From: an uncultured Aquiluna sp.
GTDB taxonomy: Bacteria > Actinomycetota > Actinomycetes > Actinomycetales > Microbacteriaceae
NCBI GenBank assembly: GCA_913775595.1
Contig: CAJYLB010000001.1
Location: forward strand, 992,001 to 1,056,000
Length of the DNA: 64,000 nucleotides
Direction of reading: 5' to 3'
In this document: piece after piece, positions 10,073 through 18,878 of the stretch
Layout: each line of letters begins with the position of its first letter
Numbering within the stretch: the first letter of the stretch is position 1
Position numbers and translations under genes: made by a program
Notes under the pieces: generated by a model
Databases searched by the model: none
Told to the model about the DNA's origin: nothing
What the model saw: only the letters and a program-made list of their open reading frames with translations

Positions 10073-10921
10073 GTAGACGTGAAGACCTTTGAAGAAAAGG
10101 TTCACGATGGTGAAGTTAAAGATCACCGCTCCAAACCCGATTAGGCCCAGGACAGCGGCTCGTTTCCCAGTCCAGCCTCTGGTTGCCATGGCGTGGAGGT
10201 AACCGGCATAGACAACCCAAATGATGAAGGTCCAGACCTCCTTAGTGTCCCAGCCCCAATAGCGATGCCAGGCTCGCTCGGCCCAGATGGCACCCGCTAT
10301 CAGGGTAAAGCTCCAGGCCACAAACCCAACCATGTTGAAGCGGTAAGCAATGCGCTCTAGCTGCCTGAGGTCTGGAAACCTATCCATCAAAGCCTTGCCC
10401 ACTCCGGCTGCCTTGATCAGGTAGAAAATGTGGAAGCCGGCGGCAATCGCGAAGAACCCGGTTGCCATGATTGCCACGACAACGTGAATAACCAACCAGT
10501 AGCTCTGCAGCGCAGGCATCAGGGTCTTTACCTCAACATAGAAGAGGCTGACAGCTGCAAACAGGGTAACGAGAGAGAAGCCTGTGACGAAGGTCGCAAC
10601 GTATCTAACGTCTTTCACCCTGAGCGAGATGAGGTAAATCGTCAGAATCATCAGAGCGCCTGAGATTGCAAACTCATACATGTTTGCCCATGGCACTCGC
10701 TGTGCAGCTATGCCTCGCAATACGACACCAATGCCCAAAACGAGAGTTCCTGCAGCCAACACCCAGAAGCCATAGCGCTCGAATAGGGACTCACTGGGGT
10801 CATCCTTAAGCTTTGCTAGCTGGAAGGCGAACATCAGAAGCGCAACCGCCAAGAGACCCATCGCGGCCGACACAAACAGCAGCGAAATCTGGGATAGCGG
10901 TTCGTTCAGGACAATGTTCAA
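10061..10921 (-). CDS. ccsB: Cytochrome c biogenesis protein CcsB/ResC
   Basis: PWANMYE, GAIWAERAWHRYWGWDTKE (WWD domain). Confidence 0.95.
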   Translation of the reverse strand: MNIVLNEPLSQISLLFVSAAMGLLAVALLMFAFQLAKLKDDPSESLFERYGFWVLAAGTLVLGIGVVLRGIAAQRVPWANMYEFAISGALMILTIYLISLRVKDVRYVATFVTGFSLVTLFAAVSLFYVEVKTLMPALQSYWLVIHVVVAIMATGFFAIAAGFHIFYLIKAAGVGKALMDRFPDLRQLERIAYRFNMVGFVAWSFTLIAGAIWAERAWHRYWGWDTKEVWTFIIWVVYAGYLHAMATRGWTGKRAAVLGLIGFGAVIFNFTIVNLFFKGLHVYSGL

Positions 10922-12418
10922 CTAGTCACCCTCTATCTCTCTGCGCAGATCTTCAATCAATTCTTCGAGGCCGTCATCGTCGCCTCTGGCAAGTGCTGCG
11001 TATTCAATTTTGCCACCTGCCTGCCTAACCCAGACCCGCCTTCGGCGAATACTCAGGGAAAACACAATTGCGATCAGCGCGATGAAGGCAAATATCAATA
11101 TCCAGAGTCCGCCAGGGTTGTATGCGACATCCAAAGATGCAAAGCGCTTGAGGCCATCAAACGAAATCGACCCAGCTCCGCCAGGCAACTCTGCTCTCTC
11201 CCCAACGCGCAGCTCTATTGCAGGGCTTGGCCCGTCACGTCCGGCAATTAGCTCCATGTCCGTTACGTCTAGGGCATAGACGTTTCTCGGTATCCCTGCG
11301 TCGAGACCGAGGTCACCGAGGTAGACGTTCATGGTCAATAGCGGGTCAATGGGGTCTGGATAAATCGATGTGTAGGCGCCGGATGCAAGCTCCTCTGCCG
11401 TTGGGTAGAAGAAGGCGATGATCCCGATCTGCTCAGGCAGTGCATCTGGTGCCTTGATTACCCCGAGCGAGGTCATATTGGAATCCTGAGGCAAAAAGAC
11501 AACCGGACCGGAGAATGCGATGTTGCCAACCCCGTCATACAAGGTGATTACCGGAGCAAAGCCATTACCGGTGAGGAAGACGTTTGCTCCGGGAGCCTCC
11601 AACGGAAAGTTCACGCGGATATCTGAATTACTGGTGCTCTCACCATCGTCAAGGGTGACATTTGCAATGAAGTCGACTGGCTGGCCAAGATTCGCGGGGT
11701 TTCTGAGGTCATAGACGACCTGAAAGTCCTCCAGGGTCATTGAAAACGGCTGCAGCTCGTTTTCATAGAAGAGCGGACCGGGAGAAAAGGCATCGTAGCT
11801 TGCGAGGTTGTTCACGAACGTATCGCCCTCGACCAAGACGCGCTGGCCCGAGAAGCTAAAGCCACCACCAATTCCAACCGCAATCAGTAGCAGCACGAGC
11901 GAGTAATGGAAAACCAGGTTTCCCGTCTCCTTGAGATAGCCCTTCTCGGCAGAGACTGAGTCCTCGAGCCTGCGAACCCTGAAACCCCTCGAGCGCAGCA
12001 CCGACTCCGCCTTCGTTAGCTGCTCTGAATCATTCGAGAGGCTTAGGTAGGCGGGCATCCGCTGAAGCTTTTTCGGAGTCTCGACGGGCTCAGCGCGCAG
12101 GGCATTGAGATGCACCTGGGTCCTGGGCAGCACGCAGCCAACAAGCGAGACAAAAAGCAGGATGTAGATCGCGGAGAACCAAACGGATGTGTAGACGTCA
12201 AACAGCTGCAGCGAGTCCAGCAAAGCCGCAAACTCCGGCTGCTGATCAAAGTAAAGCCTCACACCATTTGGGTCGGCACTGCGCTGCGGGTAGAGAGAGC
12301 CCGGAATTGCCGCCAGGGCAAGAAGAAGCAGCAGGAAAAGCGCGGTGCGCATTGAGGTGAGCTGGCGCCAGAACCAGCGACCCCAGAACACTGGACTAAA
12401 GCGGGAGGATGAAGCCAC
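10922..12418 (-). CDS. resB: Cytochrome c biogenesis protein ResB
   Basis: WRQLTSMRTAL, AIPGSLYPQ, KETGNLVFH. Confidence 0.93.
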   Translation of the reverse strand: MASSSRFSPVFWGRWFWRQLTSMRTALFLLLLLALAAIPGSLYPQRSADPNGVRLYFDQQPEFAALLDSLQLFDVYTSVWFSAIYILLFVSLVGCVLPRTQVHLNALRAEPVETPKKLQRMPAYLSLSNDSEQLTKAESVLRSRGFRVRRLEDSVSAEKGYLKETGNLVFHYSLVLLLIAVGIGGGFSFSGQRVLVEGDTFVNNLASYDAFSPGPLFYENELQPFSMTLEDFQVVYDLRNPANLGQPVDFIANVTLDDGESTSNSDIRVNFPLEAPGANVFLTGNGFAPVITLYDGVGNIAFSGPVVFLPQDSNMTSLGVIKAPDALPEQIGIIAFFYPTAEELASGAYTSIYPDPIDPLLTMNVYLGDLGLDAGIPRNVYALDVTDMELIAGRDGPSPAIELRVGERAELPGGAGSISFDGLKRFASLDVAYNPGGLWILIFAFIALIAIVFSLSIRRRRVWVRQAGGKIEYAALARGDDDGLEELIEDLRREIEGD

Positions 12419-13112
12419 TGTTCACCACCTGTAGCCAGTTTGTAAATTGCAACCAGAGGCCCGTTGCCATCAGAGTCCCTAAGACAACCAGCAGCGCACC
12501 TCCGAAGATATTGACCTTGCGGATGTTTCGTTTGACCAGATCAACACTCCTAGCCGCCCAACCAAAGCCTGCAGCCAGCAGTAGAAATGGGACGCCGATG
12601 CCAAGGGAGTAGACCGTGGCCAGGATTCCCCCGCGCACCGGGTCCCCGCTATCACTGGCGAGCACCAAAACAGCCGAGAGTGTCGGTCCAATGCAAGGTG
12701 TCCAGCCAAGGGCAAAAACCACTCCAAGAAGTGGAGCCCCGATCAAGCCCGTCTTGGGGGTAACTGGGAGCTTCAGGGTCCGCTGGAAAATACCAAGCTG
12801 CCCGATCATGGCAAGACCAAAGAGAATGACCAGAATCCCAAGCACAACCTGAACCCAAAGGTTTCTGGTCAGGAAAACCAGCGCGGCCGAGCCGGCCAGA
12901 ACCCCCAAAGTCACAAAGACGGCCGTGAACCCTGCTACGAAAAGTGCGGTTCCGATAACCGCCTTTGACTTCACATTGGCGGATACATAACCAAGGTAAC
13001 CAGGCACTAGCGGCAGCACACAGGGGCTTGCGAAGGTCACTATGCCGGCCAGCAAAGCGATTGGCACGGCCAAGACCATCGAGCCTGAAAGAGCAATCTC
13101 CGACGGACTCAT
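12396..13112 (-). CDS. ccdA: Cytochrome c biogenesis protein CcdA
   Basis: SPCVLPLVPGY and GWTPCIGP. Confidence 0.94.
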   Translation of the reverse strand: MSPSEIALSGSMVLAVPIALLAGIVTFASPCVLPLVPGYLGYVSANVKSKAVIGTALFVAGFTAVFVTLGVLAGSAALVFLTRNLWVQVVLGILVILFGLAMIGQLGIFQRTLKLPVTPKTGLIGAPLLGVVFALGWTPCIGPTLSAVLVLASDSGDPVRGGILATVYSLGIGVPFLLLAAGFGWAARSVDLVKRNIRKVNIFGGALLVVLGTLMATGLWLQFTNWLQVVNSGFILPL

Positions 13113-13678
13113 TCGCTCACCGTCTCAATTAGTTCTCGCAAGATTGACTTGTCGATGCGGCCAAGAATCCTCGCCGAGACTCTTCCCTCTCTGTCGATCA
13201 CGAGAGTGGTTGGCACGGCCTGGGGGCTGACTACTCCAGAAAAAGCAAGCGAGACGCCGCCGGTTTGGGCATCGATGATCGAGGGGAAGGTGATGCCAAA
13301 ATTCCTGTCAAATGCCAAAGCTGTATCGGCTGTGTCTCGGACATTTACCCCAACAAACTGCACATCTTGATCAGCAAACTCCTCGCTGAGTGCGGCCAAG
13401 TCTGGAGCCTCGGCGCGACAGGGAGCGCAAGCCGCATACCACCAGTTCATGACGACCACGTAGCCAGCTAGGGATTCTGAGTTTAGGTAGGCGCCGCTCT
13501 CAGTGACGCCCTCCCATGGCTCAAAGGTTGGCCTCTGATCCGTGGCGAATTCGGTGACAGTGCCGTCGCCCGCGATGTAGTTCTTGTTATCACCGGAGCG
13601 GAACTGCTCGGCCAGGGGATCTTGAGTGCAACCGGCTAGCAGCATCAGTGAGATTGCAGCCACAAAGGCCCTCCGCAC
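13109..13678 (-). CDS. resA: TlpA/ResA-family thiol-disulfide reductase lipoprotein
   Basis: Lipobox LAGC, WYAACAPCRAEAP (CxxC), VPTTLVID. Confidence 0.88.
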   Translation of the reverse strand: MRRAFVAAISLMLLAGCTQDPLAEQFRSGDNKNYIAGDGTVTEFATDQRPTFEPWEGVTESGAYLNSESLAGYVVVMNWWYAACAPCRAEAPDLAALSEEFADQDVQFVGVNVRDTADTALAFDRNFGITFPSIIDAQTGGVSLAFSGVVSPQAVPTTLVIDREGRVSARILGRIDKSILRELIETVSE

Positions 13679-14302
13679 CTAGATCAACCCCGCATGCTTT
13701 AGTCCCGGCTCTCGGTAATCAACCGCAACCAGCTTGCCGTCCACTACCTCAAATGATGTGATCGAAGAAAGTGAGCAGCGCCTATTTCTTGGGTTGTGAG
13801 GAAGCTTTAGCCCTTGAGCGCTGCGGTAGGTCATCCAAATCGGTAGCTGGTGAGATACAAATACAACATCGCCTGAATCAACACTCTCCCAACCTGCGAG
13901 CGCCGCCTTTGTCATGCGGGTAGCGATCTCTTGAAACGGCTCTCCCCAACTTGGAAGGCTGGGGTTATAAAGATGAATGGCAAGGGAGGGCTTTGCAAGA
14001 AGTGCTCTAGGGCCCATTTGATAGCCGCGCAGTTTGTTCCAGGGCTCGATGATGGCCTCTTCAATGACCGGCTCCAAGCCAAACTCACTTGCTACCGGAG
14101 CTGCAGACTGCCTGGTCCTCTCCAGTGGTGAAACGTAGAGCTTTGCGATAGTGCGGTTCATGCTGGCAAGCTCTTTGGCAGCGGCCTGAGCCATCTCATG
14201 TCCGAGATCGCTTAGGGGAAACCCGTCCAGGCGCTCGTACAGCAGACCTCGCGGATTAAACACCTCACCGTGTCTTACGAAGTGGAGGCGAGAGGCGGGC
14301 AT
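13679..14302 (-). CDS. Histidine phosphatase family protein
   Basis: RHGE motif, SPLERTRQSA, VSHQLPIW; first gene of the ccs operon. Confidence 0.9.
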   Translation of the reverse strand: MPASRLHFVRHGEVFNPRGLLYERLDGFPLSDLGHEMAQAAAKELASMNRTIAKLYVSPLERTRQSAAPVASEFGLEPVIEEAIIEPWNKLRGYQMGPRALLAKPSLAIHLYNPSLPSWGEPFQEIATRMTKAALAGWESVDSGDVVFVSHQLPIWMTYRSAQGLKLPHNPRNRRCSLSSITSFEVVDGKLVAVDYREPGLKHAGLI

Positions 14303-14306
14303 ACAA

Positions 14307-14329
14307 CAAGTTTAGCTTCGCTAAACTTG
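14307..14329. promoter_or_regulatory. Perfect inverted repeat containing back-to-back -10 boxes
   Basis: CAAGTTTAGC-TTC-GCTAAACTTG; each arm reads TAAACT outward, and the minus-strand copy is 6 nt from the ATG at 14302. Confidence 0.65.
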
Positions 14330-14369
14330 GCTGAATTCCGCACAGCTAGCCCCAAAGGACCCAAGAACT

Positions 14370-15680
14370 ATGCTCAATCGCTCAAAGATCGGCGAACTCG
14401 TAAGCCAACAGGATGGTCCGGTAACAATCGGCGGCTGGGTGGAGACCCTGAGAGATCAAAAGCGCATCCAGTTCATCATCATTCGTGACGAGTCCGGAAG
14501 CGTTCAGGTCACCTACCCTCGGCCGAGCGAGGAGGATGCTCTCGCCGATCAAGTATCGGCACTTACTCACGGAAGTTTCGTAATCATCAAGGGCCAGCTA
14601 AAGCACGATGAGCGCGTGAAACTGGGCGGAATTGAGATTCTCCTAGAGGAACTAGAGGTAGTTTCAGCATCTCTCCCAGACAGCCCAATCGCTGAGGACA
14701 CCTCTATCGACAAGAGGCTGGACTGGCGCTTCATCGACTTCCGCAGACCGGAGCTCAACCTGATGATGCAGGTTCAGACCACCATCGAGCAGGCCTGGAG
14801 AGAGCACTGGTTGGCAAATGACTTTGTAGAGATTCACTCGCCAAAGCTCATGGCCTCCCCTTCCGAATCTCACGCCGAGCTCTTCAAGCTCGAATACTTT
14901 GAGGGTCATGCGTATCTTGCCCAGTCCCCGCAGTTTTACAAGCAGATGGCCATGAGCGCAGGCCTCGACAGGGTCTTCGAAATCGGACCGGTATTTAGGG
15001 CTGACCCATCCTTCACCTCCCGTCACGCTACAGAGTTCGTATCCATCGACATGGAAATGAGCTGGATCGAATCTCACGAAGACGTGATGAAATTTCAGGA
15101 GGAGCTGATGGTGAGGGCAATCACCGCAGTGAAGGAAAAGCATGGCGAGAGAATCAAGGAACTCTACGACATAGACATCGAAGTGCCCGCGACCCCGTTC
15201 CCTAGAATCCCCCTCGCCGAGGCACACGAAATCATCGAAAAGCGCGGCTACAAGGTCCCAAGAACCGATGGCGATCTAGACCCCGAGGGTGAACGACAGA
15301 TCTCGCAGTATGCCAAGGAGGAACTGGGCCACGACTTTGTCTTTCTCACCGACTACCCCAAGCACATCAGACCCTTCTACCACATGCGCCACGAGGACAA
15401 CGAGACGCTTACCAAGAGCTACGACCTGATCTGGAAGGGAACTGAGATCACGACCGGAGCCCAGCGCGAGCACCGCATTGAAGTACTTGAGGCGCAGGCA
15501 AAGGACAAGGGCCTAGACCCGGAGGGACTTGAGTTCTACCTGGACTTCTTCCGCTACGGAGCCCCCCCACACGGAGGCTTTGGCATGGGTCTTACAAGGG
15601 TTGTAATGCTCATGCTCGAGCTTCCGAACATCCGCGAGGCAAGCTTCCTCTTCCGAGGACCAAACAGGCTGCAGCCCTAG
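14370..15680 (+). CDS. aspS: Aspartyl-tRNA synthetase, short archaeal/eukaryal type (likely non-discriminating)
   Basis: 436 aa; YLAQSPQFYKQM, GPVFRAD, RHATEF, EITTGAQREH, APPHGGFGMG; too short to contain the bacterial GAD insertion. Confidence 0.9.
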   Translation: MLNRSKIGELVSQQDGPVTIGGWVETLRDQKRIQFIIIRDESGSVQVTYPRPSEEDALADQVSALTHGSFVIIKGQLKHDERVKLGGIEILLEELEVVSASLPDSPIAEDTSIDKRLDWRFIDFRRPELNLMMQVQTTIEQAWREHWLANDFVEIHSPKLMASPSESHAELFKLEYFEGHAYLAQSPQFYKQMAMSAGLDRVFEIGPVFRADPSFTSRHATEFVSIDMEMSWIESHEDVMKFQEELMVRAITAVKEKHGERIKELYDIDIEVPATPFPRIPLAEAHEIIEKRGYKVPRTDGDLDPEGERQISQYAKEELGHDFVFLTDYPKHIRPFYHMRHEDNETLTKSYDLIWKGTEITTGAQREHRIEVLEAQAKDKGLDPEGLEFYLDFFRYGAPPHGGFGMGLTRVVMLMLELPNIREASFLFRGPNRLQP

Positions 15681-16144
15681 AGCAAGGTGTCAAAACCCCC
15701 GACGTCCACCGCCCAGGACGTCAAAACGGCAAAGGCTATCGCCCACAACAGCATCGCGATTGAGATGACTAACGTAACCCTCGCTGGCCTAACCCCAGCG
15801 GCCACCGAAGCCGCAGCTGCGAATTGGGTGCCGATAATGAGTGGTCCAAGTATGGCCATGCCGTAGATGCCATATTTCTCAAAGGCCCTTTGAGCTTTAG
15901 CCCAGCGATCTGATTTCGGCTGTTTGCCCTTCGCCTCACGCCTGGCAACAACCCAGTTTCTGATCTTGGCTCCGCCATAGGCAAAAACAGCAATTGTTAT
16001 GAGGTTCCCAGCTGCCGCGGCTATGACGGTAAGGGTGGGATTGAGACCCACGAGGATTCCTCCCGGTACAACCCCAATCGCTTCAAACCAAGGAATTGCT
16101 CCAAAGATAAATACGCCAACAAGGCCAAGCTGCTCCAGGTTCAC
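15677..16144 (-). CDS. Small multi-drug export family membrane protein
   Basis: AIPWFEA, AGNL, FEKYG, GPLIIGTQ; 4 hydrophobic helices. Confidence 0.75.
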   Translation of the reverse strand: MNLEQLGLVGVFIFGAIPWFEAIGVVPGGILVGLNPTLTVIAAAAGNLITIAVFAYGGAKIRNWVVARREAKGKQPKSDRWAKAQRAFEKYGIYGMAILGPLIIGTQFAAAASVAAGVRPARVTLVISIAMLLWAIAFAVLTSWAVDVGGFDTLL

Positions 16145-17313
16145 GACTTCCTCTCAAAAAGCCTTGAAAACCTTGTCAGCACAGCTTCCATTGGTCCTCG
16201 CTGCCGGAACCTGAGGTTCAGCATTGCGAGCAGGCTAAGTGCCAACCAAACCGCAGCTGCAGTAGCGGCGACTAACCACGCATCAAGCTCAGCAAAGAGC
16301 CCGAAACCCCACGCGGAGAACAGCACCGAGAAGATGACGGACTGCGAGAGATAGATGGTGAGCGAATGTCGTCCTCCTGCCGACAGAAGAGCAATTCCAC
16401 CAAGCTTTTCGCTCAGCAGCCAGAGCGCTCCTATGTAACCGGCGGAGAGGATGGGCGCGGTCAAAAAGTTAATTGCCAGCGACACTAGCGATAGGCCGAG
16501 GCTGTAGGTCGCGGCTTGGAGATTGACGATGTAGATCACCGCTGCCAGAAGCTGCAGCGGCAGACCAATCGCAAAGCCCCAGATGGCCATGCGCTTCATG
16601 AGGTCCGGTTTTGCACCGTTAGCCAGACCTTCTTTTCGAGCGACCAGGACACCTACCAAGAAAGCAACCATGACTAGCGGGCCTTGAAGTAGAGCACCCT
16701 GGGGGGCAAAGGCAATCCAGAGCTCGAACCTGGCTGCAGCGGTTTCCAAGAAACCTCCAGAGGCAAGTGCCAGGTTCAACCCGTCAAGGCCCTCTGCATC
16801 TGTTGGCAGGGTCTTTCCCTTCGCTGCAAGGAACAGCTCTCCGACGTATGTCAGCAAGGCAAGCAGCGTAAACAGCACTCCAATGAAGATGTAGATTCCT
16901 CTGGCCCAGCGCCTTATTGTCTTCTCAGATTTGAAATACAGCGCGAGCAATATGAAAGCGAAAGCGCCGTAAAGAACCAAGATGTCGCCGTGAAAAAGGA
17001 AGATGGCGTGCAAGAGTCCCAGAACTAGGAGCCCTACTGACCTCCCTACCCACCTGCGCTTATTTGCCGCTACTCCCTTGATTACGTAGTGCGCTGAGTA
17101 ACCAAAAAGGAACGAGAACAGCAGATAGAACTTTGACTGAAAAATAAGCATCACAATAAACGCAGCAGCCGAATTGGCTGAAGCTGAAAGGTCTGCCGCC
17201 TCAAAGCCGCTGACTGTATCAACCGCGAAGTACTGCACGTTGACCATGGCAATGCCGAGGAGGGCAAAGCCGCGGAGGATGTCGGGGAAGCTGTCCCTGG
17301 CTATTGTCTTCAA
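16141..17313 (-). CDS. DUF418 family membrane protein
   Basis: DILRGFALLGI, KFYLLFSFLFG, GDILVLY, GRHSLTIYLSQS, GPME. Confidence 0.88.
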   Translation of the reverse strand: MKTIARDSFPDILRGFALLGIAMVNVQYFAVDTVSGFEAADLSASANSAAAFIVMLIFQSKFYLLFSFLFGYSAHYVIKGVAANKRRWVGRSVGLLVLGLLHAIFLFHGDILVLYGAFAFILLALYFKSEKTIRRWARGIYIFIGVLFTLLALLTYVGELFLAAKGKTLPTDAEGLDGLNLALASGGFLETAAARFELWIAFAPQGALLQGPLVMVAFLVGVLVARKEGLANGAKPDLMKRMAIWGFAIGLPLQLLAAVIYIVNLQAATYSLGLSLVSLAINFLTAPILSAGYIGALWLLSEKLGGIALLSAGGRHSLTIYLSQSVIFSVLFSAWGFGLFAELDAWLVAATAAAVWLALSLLAMLNLRFRQRGPMEAVLTRFSRLFERKS

Positions 17314-18173
17314 GCGGCCAGCCTCCTCTTGCGTGTTTCAACGGAGAGAAGCGCCATGGAAGGAAGCATCAAGACGTATGCAACCACCAACCAGAAAATT
17401 GCCTGCACCTGAGGCCAAGTTAGCGGGACCAAGTAATTGAATCCGTCTCCCGCTTCATCAAAGTCACTGACAATAGCGAACGCCATCAGGGCAGTAATAA
17501 TGACAAATCCCAGCACCGAGAGCCATCGGAATGCAATCACATAGGCCCGGTTCCTAAGCTGCAACATCATCTCATCGAGAGCCTCCTCCGGAGCGTCGGC
17601 CACGAGGCGAACAGATTGGCGCAACAAAAACCAGAAAACAAAGATCAAAAGTATGTGGATAAGGCTGTAGGTTGCCCAGCGGTTATCCCCAACGGCGACC
17701 AAGAATCCAGTCCCAAAGAGAATGGCTACATTCGAGGCAACCAACAGGACAACCTTTGCCCGGCGGGTTCTAAGCCCATCCCATTTGGTGTCATTGAGCT
17801 GCTTCTCAACTGATTTCACTGAGGCTGAGGCCCATGCCGCATCTGGAGATCCCTTGGGGGCAACCCGATACATCGCCCAGTATTTATCCCACAGACCCCT
17901 TGCCTTTAGATAAAGCAGGAAGATTGGCAGCTCAATTAGGAACATTGTGATGAGCGTGAAGAAGAACCAGTTGAGGTCAAAGAAGAAGAGCCTAAAGACC
18001 GGATCTGATTGCCAAAACAGCAGTGCCGAGATGCCAAGTGGGATGCTCGTTACAACAACATCCAGCCACATCATTAGCTTGACGTTCTCGCCCACAAACT
18101 TTGGGTAAAACCAGAGGTATGCGACTGCGATGGTCGCCATCAGGTAAAAAACAACTAGTAGCTCATTCATCAT
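17310..18173 (-). CDS. Hypothetical multi-pass membrane protein (C-terminal half DUF2178-like)
   Basis: About 7 TM segments; LDEMMLQLRNRAY pattern; start MMNELL overlaps the XRE stop, GAGGA upstream. Confidence 0.65.
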   Translation of the reverse strand: MMNELLVVFYLMATIAVAYLWFYPKFVGENVKLMMWLDVVVTSIPLGISALLFWQSDPVFRLFFFDLNWFFFTLITMFLIELPIFLLYLKARGLWDKYWAMYRVAPKGSPDAAWASASVKSVEKQLNDTKWDGLRTRRAKVVLLVASNVAILFGTGFLVAVGDNRWATYSLIHILLIFVFWFLLRQSVRLVADAPEEALDEMMLQLRNRAYVIAFRWLSVLGFVIITALMAFAIVSDFDEAGDGFNYLVPLTWPQVQAIFWLVVAYVLMLPSMALLSVETRKRRLAA

Positions 18174-18402
18174 TTTCCTCATCGAGCCAGAAGATGTCCT
18201 CGACACTGGCCCCTAGCACCGATGCGATTCGCAGCGCCAAAACGAGGGATGGCGAATACTCACCGCGTTCGATGTAACCGATTGTTTGGTAGTGAACACC
18301 AACCTGCTCAGCGAGCTCTTGCCTGGACAGGTCGATGTTGGATCGCATCTCCTCGACGCGGTTAGCTACCCGCTCTTCTTGAGACTTTGGTTTTCGACCC
18401 AT
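18163..18402 (-). CDS. XRE-family helix-turn-helix regulator
   Basis: LSRQELAEQVGVHYQTIGYIERGEYSPSLVLALRIA. Confidence 0.92.
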   Translation of the reverse strand: MGRKPKSQEERVANRVEEMRSNIDLSRQELAEQVGVHYQTIGYIERGEYSPSLVLALRIASVLGASVEDIFWLDEENDE

Positions 18403-18404
18403 GG

Positions 18405-18436
18405 ATGTAGCATAAATGCTATGTAGTAATAATGCA
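18405..18436. promoter_or_regulatory. Tandem putative XRE operator overlapping a leaderless promoter
   Basis: 16-bp tandem pair ATGTAGCATAAATGCT / ATGTAGTAATAATGCA; palindrome TAGCAT-AA-ATGCTA at 18408-18421; minus-strand TATGCT 6 nt before the ATG. Confidence 0.6.
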
Positions 18437-18440
18437 ACAA

Positions 18441-18569
18441 CTACTTAAACTTGCTGAGCTTCGCATGAAAGTCCGAGGCCCACTTGTATCGCTTACCCAG
18501 CTGGGCTAGGGCAAAAATCAGAATCGGGAACCAAAAGTTTTTGAGTACCCAGACGATCAGTCTTCTCAA
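18441..18569 (-). CDS. Putative 42-aa cationic amphipathic small protein
   Basis: MRRLIVWVLKNFWFPILIFALAQLGKRYKWASDFHAKLSKFK; TTG start overlaps the upstream TGA (TTGA); fills the whole gap. Confidence 0.55.
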   Translation of the reverse strand: MRRLIVWVLKNFWFPILIFALAQLGKRYKWASDFHAKLSKFK

Positions 18570-18835
18570 GCTAGGGATTCCAGTTTTTCAAGGAACTCTT
18601 GGTCGTGGATTCGCCACTTCGCGATGACCTCATCGTTGACCATAACCACAGGCAGGTCATCACTGAATCTCTGGAAATCAGACTGGTCAGAGATGTCTAC
18701 TTCATGGAAGGAATAGTCAGCCTCTGGGTGAGTGTCGCGGAAGTGCTTGAGCACTCTAGCAATGTCTCGCTTTGCCCCCTCGCAGAGGTGGCAGCCAACT
18801 CGGGAGATCATCTTGATGTAAATGTGGTCAGACAT
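18566..18835 (-). CDS. Glutaredoxin-like protein (DUF836)
   Basis: GCHLCE, EVDI, DDLPVVMVN, KWRI. Confidence 0.85.
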   Translation of the reverse strand: MSDHIYIKMISRVGCHLCEGAKRDIARVLKHFRDTHPEADYSFHEVDISDQSDFQRFSDDLPVVMVNDEVIAKWRIHDQEFLEKLESLA

Positions 18836-18878
18836 GGCTCCAGACTATGCCAATAGGTCAAAGGCGTAGACTTAGCCG

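Noticed and set aside
17654..17662. Third perfect DnaA box TGTGGATAA
   Set aside because: Isolated, inside a CDS and without the flanking repeat; plausible by chance.
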